A stretch of DNA of 62,592 nt, filler included, from Basidiobolus ranarum (Eukaryota): assembly GCA_040143965.1 (NCBI GenBank). It is 38 parts of 38 records of this genome, joined end to end, with 100 filler letters (N's around TTAATTAATTAA, not from the genome) between each part and the next. Parts side by side here need not be neighbours in the genome. Positions count along the whole stretch, not along the records: positions 23,179 to 24,731 come from JASJQH010011736.1; positions 24,832 to 26,383 come from JASJQH010011737.1; positions 26,484 to 28,035 come from JASJQH010011738.1; positions 28,136 to 29,686 come from JASJQH010011739.1; positions 29,787 to 31,336 come from JASJQH010011740.1; positions 31,437 to 32,986 come from JASJQH010011741.1; positions 33,087 to 34,635 come from JASJQH010011742.1; positions 34,736 to 36,284 come from JASJQH010011743.1; 30 more parts are not named here. One strand, 5' to 3'. A program made the position numbers and the translations under genes. The notes below the pieces were generated by a model. That model made no database searches. It saw only the letters and a program-made list of their open reading frames with translations, and was not told where the DNA came from. Every line of letters begins with the position of its first letter. The first letter of the stretch is position 1. Shown here piece after piece: positions 24,044 to 36,384 of the stretch.

Positions 24044-24731
24044 TAGACTTGTTCCATCGGACCAGGTCAGATTGTGCTGCTTGATCCAGCCTGCTATTAC
24101 ACCATCTGGCACGATCTGTCAATTACCATGGCTGGGTCCTATAACACTCGATCAGACACTATAAGGAACAATATGGCACTATCCCACCACAATTGGACAC
24201 AATGATTTTTTTGGAGATATTGTGCCAGCCCGTACCAAGTTACCCAATTTAGTATTGCCGAATTACGATTTTGGGTAACTGACAAAGTAAATTCATCCCC
24301 TAGTTTGTAACTTACGAATTACTGAATGTGTAACAATAAACAATTTATACTGTAACTTACCCAATCAAATGTATAACCAAGACATTCACATGTTTTTAGG
24401 CCAATCATTTGTCCCTCACTAACACAGTATCCTGATTTTCAATTGGGCACAACAGCTCCTGCATTACGAAACACCAGTAGTTTTGGCACACCGGTGACAA
24501 ATCACAGCACTCGATGATGGATCGATCTGCAGTATGATAGTAGTGATCAGGATCGCTTGATTTGTCATTTTTAGATCAGCAAATTATTTATTCAATCATG
24601 TAAGCTTCTAATTGGGTGAAAATGTGAACGGATTGAGCCATATCGAGCCAATACGGCTGCTCAAGCTTTTTATTGACAGACATTTTTCATTTGATTGTAG
24701 TGAAATTGCTTGTATTAATAGGCTATCATTG
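24044..24731 (+). mobile_element. hAT-like element terminus (TAGACTTGTTCCAT), CpG-retaining copy
   Basis: Seven occurrences of this terminus in the window with two different internal continuations; GGCAC subterminal repeats; no transposase seen. Confidence 0.75.
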
Positions 24732-24831
24732 NNNNNNNNNNNNNNNNNNNNNNNNNNNNNNNNNNNNNNNNNNNNTTAATTAATTAANNNNNNNNNNNNN
24801 NNNNNNNNNNNNNNNNNNNNNNNNNNNNNNN

Positions 24832-25562
24832 GTAGAAGCGGGCTTCATCGCCCACCTTCTAGCGTTAAGGTTCCATTTACTTGCGAACTGATCTAGGTTA
24901 AAGACATTGTCAGGTGGCCCCAGATAATGAAGTTCCTCTGCACTGGGGGGGTTGGTAGATGGGGGAGATTGTTGGCTAAATTGCATACCAGCGTCATAAA
25001 GTTCTCGTGTGGTGTTTTTATGAGTTGAGAAATAATGATTGGGAGAAGTATCTGGCAGGACATTAGCGTAGATTGGAGGTGGTAAGGTTGGTGGTGAACT
25101 ATAATTTTCGTTCACTACTGTTTCCGTAGGTTTAGCTTCAGTGCTATATACAGGAAGTGGTTCATTTACAGGGATGCTCGTATTGTTATTAGCAGCGAGA
25201 TGGTTTGGTTGAACTGGTAAACTCATTGGTAAGAGAGCGCTTGTAGTTGTATGCTTTTTACGACGTTTTAAGCAACAATAGATACAACTTCCAAAAATAG
25301 CAAGAACAGCAAGAACTATAATAACTATGGCCCAGGTAGGTAAAGCAGAACCACCCGAACGACTCCCGGAAGAATGACCGTATCCTGCACCAACAGGTAC
25401 TATAACAGGCACAAAACCACCCCCAGTCCCACCTCTGCTACCACCGCCTCCTCCTCCTCCTCTACCCCCGCCACCACCACCACCACCTTTGGCAAAAACG
25501 GTTTGCGATGAGGATATGAGTACGAGGGATGCAGTACTTAAAATGTAAGACAGTTTTCTCAT
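24832..25562 (-). CDS. Type I membrane protein (signal peptide, Gly-rich ectodomain, TM, PY motifs), Ssh4/Ear1-like; 3' truncated
   Basis: Hydrophobic N-terminus, WAIVIIVLAVLAIFGSCIYCC then KRRKK, LPVY and PPIY; ELYDAGMQFSQQSPP resembles the pre-SPRY segment; SPRY domain itself not visible. Confidence 0.75.
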
Positions 25563-26483
25563 TTTGAATTAGATAAGAAAATACAGAAGCTTCTCGTGCA
25601 GTGCATGCTTATATAGGAAAATATTGATGCCGCATATTAAACTGCGTACATTAGTTAGTTTTACCTCCAATAGTGTATACTCCAAAATACTATGATTCAA
25701 ATGATGGGAGTGTATAGCAATCATTACATAATTATGGGAAATTTTAATGTCTCCATCACCGTTTCCTGATTGGAATCAAACTTCTCCTTTTTAGACCAAT
25801 ATGGTCATTACGCCAAGAGAAACAGGTATATTAAGAATTCCTTTGTGTCCACAATGGAAGTTGATGGCACCAGGAAAAAGTAGAGCACACACAATATGCG
25901 AAACAAGTGAAGAGAAGCTTCTATTTGTGATGGTGCTCAACAGCACTATCCGAACTTGATGCTCCATTGTAATAAAGTCAGACTGTCTGGTATATACAGA
26001 GACGTGTAGTTGATAAAATTACCTGAGCTGAGCATAGAGCGTCATGATTATTATTCTTCAACCGATGCACCAACTGTTTCGATGATTGCCGCAGTAATCA
26101 TCCTTAAACTTAAAGTTGGATCTACTTCAAGACCCTGAATTTTCCATAGCAAGGTTAACCGAGTTTCCAAAGCTGGTGGATATAGCTAGATTAATAGAGT
26201 TCCGATAACGCCTTAATATAACTTGACTATGTAACTTGAAAGATGATTACGGGGCAGGAAAAGAAGTGCTTACTAAACCAAGTGTTGGCGCTGATGAGGT
26301 AACCCAAAAAGAAAAGTTTGAGTGAGATAACACATATTGGGCTGGTGGAACTGGCTAATAAGCACAGCATGGCTTGGCCTCACNNNNNNNNNNNNNNNNN
26401 NNNNNNNNNNNNNNNNNNNNNNNNNNNTTAATTAATTAANNNNNNNNNNNNNNNNNNNNNNNNNNNNNNNNNNNNNNNNNNNN

Positions 26484-28035
26484 GTTCTTACTTATGATTG
26501 CATACAAATCATTATGGTGTTCTGCCTGCAATTCCCGCGTTATAAAAAATCAATCCAAATTTTCTACCCAAGGCTGTTCAATAGCTGGCAAAGTAGCCAT
26601 TTTAGAAGTTGATGGTCTTGATGGTGTTTCTATTGAACTTTGCTCAAATATTGACATACTATAAAAGTGGGGGATCACAATCTCTCCACTTGCACTATTG
26701 CTCAAAACAAACTCATCTAATAAATCAATCAATGTTTCATCATTGCTAGAGTTAGTTTCCAGCATTTCAATGCCTTCTAAAGTGGATAATGGATTACTTG
26801 ACTGCTTACAAATTAAGTTCTCTGTTCCTGCTGGTTTATTTCCTTTTGTGCCAGCAGGCTTTTGCTTCAAAGCAGATTTTGATTTTGAATGCTTTTTGAA
26901 TGACATTGTAACTTTCACATGGTTTACTTGGTGTATTGAAATTGCTTAGAAACAGCTTATAATATATCAAATTGCCATACATTATTGGAAATATCTTATA
27001 AATCTCCAGATAACTCATCTGTGACACCATCTCAGAATATGCTGATGATATTCATGAGATATACCTAAAATGCCACCCATATGTAGTAGGCTTTCTTTTT
27101 CTTCAATTTCTTTGCATACCACAACAGAAATGTCTAAACAAGCAATGCTATTATTGACACAAGTTCTTGTGCTGTGAAAGCCAGAGGCTTCATAAAAAAA
27201 TTAATTACAAGCTCAGTCATGGTACAAAGCCACCAGCTGTACAAAGCCTGGTGCATACCAACAGTAATAAGTGCACAAAATAAACTTTAGCTTTGCCCAC
27301 TGAGTTCACTGGCAGTGCATTGCCTCAAAGTTTTGGCAACAATGCCAAAAGTCAAGATACCATGGAGTTGCCACAGTTATATGACCAGAATGATGTAGTT
27401 AGAAATGCAACTTCGGGCAAACCAGTAAGCCAAGACAACTTTGAAGACATGCTGCTAAATGTTGACTTTGGTTATTCCAGTTATGATGGAAGTATATCAG
27501 AAGTTGAGGAAGGTGATGGTTTTGTCTTGGACTCTTTATTATGGGCAGGCCTTGGTCCACTGATAACACTTATGGTAAAGGAAGTAGCTTGGACTATTGA
27601 GAAGTGAAGGGTTTACACCAATATTAGTAACCAGGTGCTTATTAGTTTCCTTACACTTTTGCAGCAGTTGATTGGCAACTGTTGCTTGCCACAGACCTGG
27701 TACAGGTGGAAAACACTTGTCAATTGTGTAACTTATAATCCTTTGATAATCAAAAACTACCTTCTTGCCCAAATGGTTGTTTGACTTTCACTGGTGATCT
27801 GAAAAACCTGAAGTCATGTACTGTTTGTACACAATTGGCAATCACTGAATCAGATTTATACCCTAACAAAAATAAAGTTGATTTGATCCAGATTGGATCC
27901 ACCCTCTGATATGGCAAAACTGTCAGAGAACCATCACAATATTGCTGGCTTGCATTCTGCAAGGGATTTTGATGGTGTGATGGTGGTTTCTTGATGGTAT
28001 CTTTATGGTTTTCATACATGTCAAAATATTGATCC
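26484..28035. mobile_element. CMC/EnSpm element centre (ORF2 minus, transposase plus) with a second copy's terminus at 27861
   Basis: PSCPNGCLTFTG..CTVC motif; CCCTAACAAAAATAAAG at 27861. Confidence 0.88.
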
Positions 28036-28135
28036 NNNNNNNNNNNNNNNNNNNNNNNNNNNNNNNNNNNNNNNNNNNNTTAATTAATTAANNNNNNNNN
28101 NNNNNNNNNNNNNNNNNNNNNNNNNNNNNNNNNNN

Positions 28136-29686
28136 CATAACACAACAACATCAATATGCTTTACCAGCAAACTGACGGTGGAAAAATTGCTAAACATCTG
28201 AAATTTTGAATAGCATGGACACTTGGCAAATAGCTGACTCTTGTTACCATTCACAATGAGAATAAGCTGTTGGATTTTGGCAAATTTCCTTAAAAAATTC
28301 AGCCAATATATCTCCAACTTGCAGTCAACAAATCTCCTGCCACAAGTAGATGTGTCAATGCTTGAATAGATTACCCCATGGCTAAAACAATAATACTGTG
28401 TATCTTGATCTATCTCACAAAGAAGTTTGTCTTGCAGCTTTCCTAGAAATACCATCAGATTATCACACAAGCAAATTAGTCAGATTATAGAGGTACTTAC
28501 TCTGTGTCCATGGATTGGGCTTTGTTGCTGTTATTGTGCTCCAACAATGCAAAAACCCATGAGCACATTGAAAAGAGCCCTTTGTTGGCAGGGTAATATA
28601 CTCTAGAGTCTCCTTAACCCATTGCATTACATTGATCACTGATTTAGCTGAAACATTGTTAATCAGGTTACATATGGTAATACTGACAATTTCACATGGA
28701 GCATCACTTGCCCACAAGTGCACTGCATTGGGAACTCCCACACTGTAAAGCAAGGGCCTATAATCTCTCAGCATTGTGAAAGATGCAGCATGGAATGTAA
28801 TGAATACTGACATAGATTTAGTCTATCTTCTTTAAACCTGTTATTAAGTTTTTTGTATCCAATTACAAAATCTTTGCACAGTTGCTAGATCTGCCTGAGA
28901 TCTGCCAATGTGAATTGATGCTGTAACAATATATTAACATTATTAACAAACAACTCCCAATGTTGCAAATACTTATCAGGCAGAAATGGTTTCAAAATTA
29001 CACTTGAATATATACAAATCCCATACTTCCAATCTTTTCATTTGAATAAATGCATAGATGAGTGGATATCAATGGAAGGCCTGATAACATTAGATGGTAT
29101 TTTGATGTTCTCAAGCATTTTCCTAATTGATTCAAACTTCAATCCTATCTCAAATGGCTCATTTACATGGAATTTTCCACTATATAGCTAGCAAGTAGTA
29201 TAAGAATTTTGTTGAAGAGAAAGTGCATAGTGCCTAATGGGATGCTCTGACTCCAGCTGATCCCTTTAGGAATATAATCTTAGGCTTATGGCTAATAACA
29301 AGTTTGATGTTAGACTGACTATTTGGTGAATTGATATCAGTGATCATATTGCAATCTGACTGGGCTCTTGATGGTAAAATCATGAAGTTTAGTGTTGTAT
29401 TTGGATAGTAGCAATACATATGGCTGATAAAGTAAACTCCATTGATTTGATAAAATCTTTAGCAAGATAGTTCATTGTGACCCCAAAAACTACAAAGTTT
29501 ACAGATGGCAGGAGCTTCACCAATACATACAAGGATATTAGCTGTGATAAAATATTCACCTATCTGAACCCCATTAGATAACTGTTCAAAATCAGCAATC
29601 AAAGGCTCCAAAAAGCTATCTATAAGCACCGGTGATTTAGGTCCAGATATGATGGATAGTATCAACATATTATGACTCTTATACCA
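28136..29686 (-). mobile_element. CMC/EnSpm (Tnp2-type) transposase remnant, core to C-terminus
   Basis: SIISGPKSPVLIDSFLEPLI, CIGEAPA, GHN, MH motifs; homologous to 49557-51100. Confidence 0.9.
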
Positions 29687-29786
29687 NNNNNNNNNNNNNN
29701 NNNNNNNNNNNNNNNNNNNNNNNNNNNNNNTTAATTAATTAANNNNNNNNNNNNNNNNNNNNNNNNNNNNNNNNNNNNNNNNNNNN

Positions 29787-30424
29787 TTTTAGCCATGGGG
29801 TAATCTATTCAAGCAATGACACATCTACTTGTGGCAGGACATTTGTTGACTGCAAGTCGGGGATATATTGGCTGAATTCTTTACGGAAATTTGCCAAAAT
29901 CCAAGAGCTTATTCTCATTGTGAATGGTAACAAGAGTCAGCTATTTGCCAAGTGTCAGTGCTATTCAAAATTTCAGATGTTTAGCAATTTTTCCACCATT
30001 AGTTTGCTGGTAAAGCATATTGATGTTGTTGAGTTATGTCTAATCAGTCAAATATGTGCATATGTAGAGACTAAACACAACGAGATTCTTGTATTTTTTG
30101 ATTCTCATTATGGCTGGAATACAAAGCCTAAAATATCTCAATAAAGGCATGCATATTAATTCGAATTCCTACAGCAGTAAACCCAGTAATTTGCCATTCG
30201 AAAATTATATTTTTGCAAAAATTGCTGGATATTGAATAACGCATGCCAAATTTGAGGATCAATATTTTAACATGTATGAATACCGCCAAGATACCATCAA
30301 GAAACCACCGTCACATCATCAAAATCCCTGGCAGAATGCAAGCCAATGATATTGTGATGGTTCTCTGACAGTTTTGCTATTTTGGAGGGTGGATCCAATC
30401 AAATTGATTTTATTTTTGTTAGGG
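29787..30424 (+). mobile_element. CMC/EnSpm transposase 3' end and terminus (...TTTTTGTTAGGG), CpG-retaining copy
   Basis: Clean junction into copia integrase at 30425. Confidence 0.9.
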
Positions 30425-31336
30425 TATATTTTCCACCATTATCAGTATGTATTTTCTTCATTTTAGTTCCAGTTTTGGTCTCCACAAGTGTTTTAAAATC
30501 TCTAAAGATAGAGAGAGCTTCTTCTTTTCTTTCCATAAAGCAGACCCTAGTGTATCTTGTATAATCATCAATCAATGTGATTAAATATCTTTTTCCACCT
30601 AAAGATAAATTATGCATAGGTCCTCACAAATCTGAATGAATTAGATCCAATTTTTTGACAGATTTTATTAAACCAGAGCTTGTGAATGGTTGCCTGGCTT
30701 GTTTTCCATATATACAACCCTCACAAATTTTCATTTTGGTTGCAAGATTATTTTAAATTCCAGAAATTAGGGGATTTTTGAGCATTTTGCACAAATAATC
30801 AGATCCAATATGGCCAAATATCTTATGCCATAATTGAATAGTTTCTTGATTGGAATAACTTATATTTACACATGAACCTCTTGGATTATATGTAAGTTTG
30901 TATAAGTTCTGATCATTTTCTCTCTAAGCTAAATAATTCCCATTTTGATCAGTGATGGTGCATCCTGACTTATCAAAATTGAATTTTAACCTCTCTGAGG
31001 TGGCCTTACATACAGATATTAAATTCTTGGCAATATCTGGAACATGTTGTATATCCTTAAAAGTATACACTTCTCTGCAGAAGCTCCAGTTTAACTGACT
31101 TGAATTGTTCCCATTCCAATAGTATCCAATGTGTGGTTATCTCCCAAGAAAACCTTTCTAATTGGGATTTCTTCATAATCCACAAACCAATGTTTTTCAT
31201 TTGCAAAATGTAGGGAGGCTCAAGAATCTGTTGGATAATTAATCTTTATTCAACATCATAGTTAACTTTAGTTATGATACATATATCAGAAACAGAAAGC
31301 AACGTATCTATAGCCCCTATATTCTAAATAGGAATA
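30425..31336 (-). mobile_element. Ty1/copia family A protease-integrase remnant; family C LTR from 31229
   Basis: LIDDYTRY, HTDNGGKY; homologous to 812-1520. Confidence 0.92.
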
Positions 31337-31490
31337 NNNNNNNNNNNNNNNNNNNNNNNNNNNNNNNNNNNNNNNNNNNNTTAATTAATTAANNNNNNNN
31401 NNNNNNNNNNNNNNNNNNNNNNNNNNNNNNNNNNNNTTCAACCTACTTTCACATTCGAAGGGAGGGGGACCATTCGGGGTTATGGATATA

Positions 31491-31534
31491 TGCACACAAT
31501 GGTTTGACCTTGAGGTTCGATTCCTCAATGTGCA
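31491..31534 (+). other. Truncated tRNA-like structure (acceptor-like stem plus T-arm, no D or anticodon arm)
   Basis: TGCACA...TGAGG-TTCGATT-CCTCA-ATGTGCA; perfect B-box GGTTCGATTCC. Confidence 0.4.
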
Positions 31535-32767
31535 CTTAATATTATGTGCCATAGCGCATACTTGACAAAGTTACTACGAAATCTAACGAAATAGATATAC
31601 TACACTACAACGAAGTAGAGTAGGTTACAGCGGAGAAAAACAAAGTAACGGGCGAGAAGAGTAAGGAGAAAAAGAGACGGAGCCGCCAAATTTGATTTAA
31701 GGTTTGACTTGGTAAGAACTTAGAGACAGAATTCTTGAATGATAAAAAGATCCATTTATAGGATTTTACCAAAATAGTAGAAACTGGAGATTAATATAGA
31801 CCAAAATTGTCGATATTTTGCTGAGTAACCTTTTTTTCGGTGTTGCACTGGGAAAATTGCATGGCAAGCTTTATCCAATTTAGAAATTTCTTTTTACTGG
31901 CATTGGGGAGTTATCCATCTTGGAAAGCACTTGTTGATGAAAAATCCCATCATTTCCATGATTAGCCATTATCATTGGTTGAATTTCTCTTATACTGGAA
32001 TGCTAATTAGCTTTGATGGTCTACATATGAAACTGGTTACTAATTGAGACTGATATATCAACTCAGCGCTAGCAATAAATGCACTATCCAAATGAGAGTA
32101 AGTGTTTCCATTTTTGTAGATTGAAATGCTCATTACTCCAAATTTCCATATTAAATATATTCTTTGACCACACCACAATTAGGCATCCACAGGATATAAA
32201 TGGAATTGTCCAATAGAGTTCAATACGAAATCACACCAGATTATTGCAGCGCAATGGAACTTGTATACTAAGCCAATTTAGTAGGAATAGCAAGTTCCGT
32301 GGATTATTATGCCATCTATGAATACGAATACGTATCTTCATTTCAGCAGTGGCTTCTGAGCTTATCTGGTTCCTTGTCCAACTTTGTGTCTCTTGATCTT
32401 ACGTACTTCCAATCTAATTACAAACAAATTGAAATGACTATGATCGTACTTATCCAACTGCAATTACAACAAGAAACATGAAAGCTGAAACATCCGTAAA
32501 TGTACGCATTTACTCTTGTGTTACAAATGTATATGTGTCGCATACATATATTAAATAAAAGCAAGTTTTCTCCTAGAAACAACTCAGCAATATTGAGACA
32601 AAAAAATCATTGGCATCTATTGCATAGTATGGTTTCTGCGGAGAATAACATAGAGGTTTGAATTGGATTCGCTTTATTGATTAAGTACATAGGGTGATAT
32701 CCATTGGTGAGGTTGACATACTGTGCGTTTTCGTAGGAATTTAGGGATTTTTTTGAAAATTATGGTT

Positions 32768-32986
32768 TTAGTAAGCTCCATGGCGATCTGAGGTATCATA
32801 CGCACCACCGCCATTGCCTCCAGATCCTCCACCGTTGCCACCAGCGCCATTTCCATTGCCGCCGGCTCCAGTTCCATATCCGCCAGCACCTCCACCATTT
32901 CCACCTGATCCTCCGCCGTTACCACCAGCGCCATTTCCATTGCCACCGGCTCCAGAGACCTATCCACCGGGTCCTCCACCGTTAGC
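32768..32986 (-). CDS. 3' end of Gly/Asn-rich repeat protein (84-bp repeat unit); one in-frame TAG near 32960
   Basis: GAGGNGNGAGGNGGGSGGNGGG x2 ...DRHGAY*; repeat differences are mostly synonymous. Confidence 0.6.
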
Positions 32987-33086
32987 NNNNNNNNNNNNNN
33001 NNNNNNNNNNNNNNNNNNNNNNNNNNNNNNTTAATTAATTAANNNNNNNNNNNNNNNNNNNNNNNNNNNNNNNNNNNNNNNNNNNN

Positions 33087-33830
33087 TCTGAATACAACTG
33101 ATATTGTCTTGATATATTGAGGTAGGATTGACTTGATCATATCCTAGCTCTTTGAGAAGACTCCTTAGCCATATAGCTTCTTGAATAGCCATAGAGCTTA
33201 CTATATATTCCACTTCTGTAGTTGATAATGCAACAGCTTGTTGTTTCTTGCTAATCCAGCTTATTGCCCCATTTGCTAGCTTAAACACATATCCAGTTCA
33301 GGACTCACCATCTTCAGCATTGTTAGGCCAGTTTACATCAGCATATCCTTCTAAAATAAGTGAGATGTTGTACTGCTTACCAAATTGAATTTCACAATGT
33401 ATTGTTCCTTTCAGATAGTGTATTATCTGTTTCACAGCTATCCAATGTTCCATTGCAGGGTTTTCCATATATTTGGTTACTATGCTTACTGCTGTAGTAA
33501 TATCATGCCTAGTACCAGTTGTTGCATATATGAGACTTCCAACTGCATGATGGTAAGGAATATGTTTCATGATTTCACTATCTTCCAAGGTCTGTGGTTC
33601 CATATCCATAGTGAGTAGCAGCATACATATTGGATTTGAAGCTGTTTTACATTTTGACATATTGAATATGTTTGAAACATCTTGAATATAATTTTCTTGT
33701 GTAATACACAGTGTTCAAATAGTGGAATTTTGATGTATTTGCATTCCTAGACAATATGCTAGTGATCAAAGATCTTGCATTTCAAACTCAATAGATAGAC
33801 AGGTCTTAGTTTGCTTCATCAGATTTCAGA
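33087..33830 (-). mobile_element. Ty1/copia family C RT-RNase H remnant
   Basis: AVGSLIYA, GYADVNW, ISWISKKQQAVALSTTEVEY. Confidence 0.94.
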
Positions 33831-34077
33831 GCTTGCATCAAATTTTCTGGTTCAGAAAATGCTATATGCACAGATATATTCCACCCTTTTTCTGAATTGA
33901 GACTGTTGATTTCACGCACTGATTTGAGACATCCAAAGTCCTTGATAGAATTATTAGATGTTTACTTAAAGGATGTTTGTAATTTCCACTTGGTAGGATG
34001 TCTGAGACCTGATTTCCTGAATTTTGTGATTGATTGAATACTTGTTGTGATTGCCACATATTTCCAATCATTGATTG

Positions 34078-34635
34078 TGTCTCAATAAGGAACTTGACTA
34101 GGACTGGAAACAATGACAAGAGGCTAGAAAGCAGGAAAGTACTTGGGTGTAGACCACAAGAAAAGACAAGACAGGACAGGGAAGATACTTTGGCAAGAAT
34201 CTTTATTGATAACTAGTATTGATCAGATTGAGGTCTGATCAAGGAATACATGGGGCTTATATACATATTGCAAGGTGAAACATAATATACTGAATAGGGA
34301 ATATATTGTGGCAAGTTTGAGAGTTGGGATGTTGGGGACTACAAGGACCAATACAAAGAGGGATGATGTAAGGATGATGTAAGGATGATCAGGTGACCTT
34401 CCATGGAAGGTCTTGGCATAAATACACTATGTGTGGGATGACATGATTGGTTAGGTTTCATGGAATGTTCCAAAGAACATGATTTCCACATAGGTAATCT
34501 GGATGAACTGACACCAGATTGCCAAGAAGGGATGGCAGAGCAGATATGATGTCATAATCTAATAATAGAGGAGTTCTATTTGTAGTGGATCAGTATGCCA
34601 AGATCAGAATCATGACAGTATCCCCTTCTTTAGTG
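34078..34635 (-). repeat. Complete 540-bp LTR family D (34078-34617) preceded on the minus strand by PPT AAGAAGGGG
   Basis: TGTCATG...GACA ends; four other partial copies in window. Confidence 0.9.
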
Positions 34636-34735
34636 NNNNNNNNNNNNNNNNNNNNNNNNNNNNNNNNNNNNNNNNNNNNTTAATTAATTAANNNNNNNNN
34701 NNNNNNNNNNNNNNNNNNNNNNNNNNNNNNNNNNN

Positions 34736-36284
34736 AAATCCCTGGCAGAATGCAAGCCACCAATATTGTGACGGTTCTCTGATGGTTTTGCTATTTCAGA
34801 GGGTGGATCTGATCCGGATCAAATCAATTCTATTTTTGTTCAAGAGAAGCTATCTATTAACACTGGTGATTTAGGTCCAGATATGATGGATAGTATCAAA
34901 ATATTATGACTCTTATACCATTCAGAAGGAGGAAGATTTCAGTTGATTAAGATTTTTAGCCAGCAAGCATTTTGAACAGTATATTTGTTTAGTGAAAAAC
35001 CATCCAGAGCCAATGCAAATGCCTGAACATATGTATTCTCAAAGAAACCTTGACTTCCCAGATTCTGGTAGTGATATCCATCCGGTATATCAGTTATACC
35101 ATCAGCTTTATGGTGAGTACTTTGGTACTGGTTCAATGATATATAATTGGGTGATTTCATCAAAACTTTAAGATGGGGAATCAACAGTATGTAAGCCAAA
35201 AATGAATGATATTTACCTGATTCAGTGATTGCCATTTGTGTGCAAACAGTACATGACTTCAGGTTTTTCAGATTACCAGTGAAGGCCAAACAACCATTTG
35301 GACATGAAGGTAGTTTAATTACCCTAGCGCAAATATGAGGATTGTTATTGTAGGATAACCATAACAATTTGAATCCATTTTGCATTGACCATTTACTTAT
35401 CATCATAAATCATCAAGTTAGATTTGATTTTGAGCAATATTTTCAGTTCCAGGAGTGAGATTACAAGATCTTGCAAAATAGGTTTGCATGATTGGCTACA
35501 ATCTCAGAAAACTATGGATCCACACATGTGCAAAAAACATAACTCAAATTTTACACAACTACCACTTGAATGCTAATTTTCCACCTTCAAAATCCCTAGT
35601 CTCTTTGATACATTCTCCTGAATATTATTATAGAGTTCTTCATACCCAAGGTCTAGCTCATACCCAACACAAGTTTGTATCAATATCTCCATCAAAGCAC
35701 ACCTTTGTATTAATATTCATGAATCAACATCTTTCCAGCTATCTGGCGGATACCCTGCAATATTGTACCACTCTGTATTAAGTTCTTCCCAAATATCTGC
35801 ATGGTCAACACCAGACTGAGTGTCAGGTTGTATGTTCTTGTTCTGGAGCCTCTTTCTGCATACTTGCACTGCATTTTTCCCTTCATACTTTTGAAAATAC
35901 TCCTCAAGCACTTTGACTAATTTTGTATGTCCTTTTAGTGTTATACTACTGAGGGTGCTTTGTGGTGTTTATGTGGCATTTTGCTTGCCTTTACCGTTGG
36001 GGATAATTTCTACACTTTGAAAATTTCTCGCTGAGGTTGGAGAGCCATGAGTTTTATTTGCTGGTGTTTTGGCTTGCTGAGAGGTGCCAGGTGTTAGAAA
36101 AACTTCCAAATTCAGCACTCTTCCAACTGGTGTACCCAGTTCCATGGTGAAATTAAGCTTTTTTGCCAGTATATCTGACTCTGGAAATGCAGATCATTAT
36201 AAAGGAATGAAGAATTTGGGAAGCGGGACAGGAGAGCCAAAACTCACTGGCTCCTTGGCTTTTCCCTTAGGTTTACTAACTTCC
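34736..36284 (-). mobile_element. Three juxtaposed CMC/EnSpm pieces: terminus (to 34840), transposase core (34845-35321), ORF2-side terminus (35322) plus ORF2 3' part
   Basis: FALALDGFSL; CCCTAGCGCAAATATGAGG at 35322; NIAGYPPDSWK. Confidence 0.88.
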
Positions 36285-36384
36285 NNNNNNNNNNNNNNNN
36301 NNNNNNNNNNNNNNNNNNNNNNNNNNNNTTAATTAATTAANNNNNNNNNNNNNNNNNNNNNNNNNNNNNNNNNNNNNNNNNNNN

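Noticed and set aside
32814-32986. Proline-rich extensin or formin-like ORF on plus strand
   Set aside because: No ATG after the upstream stop at 32772; it is the antisense shadow of the Gly-rich repeat
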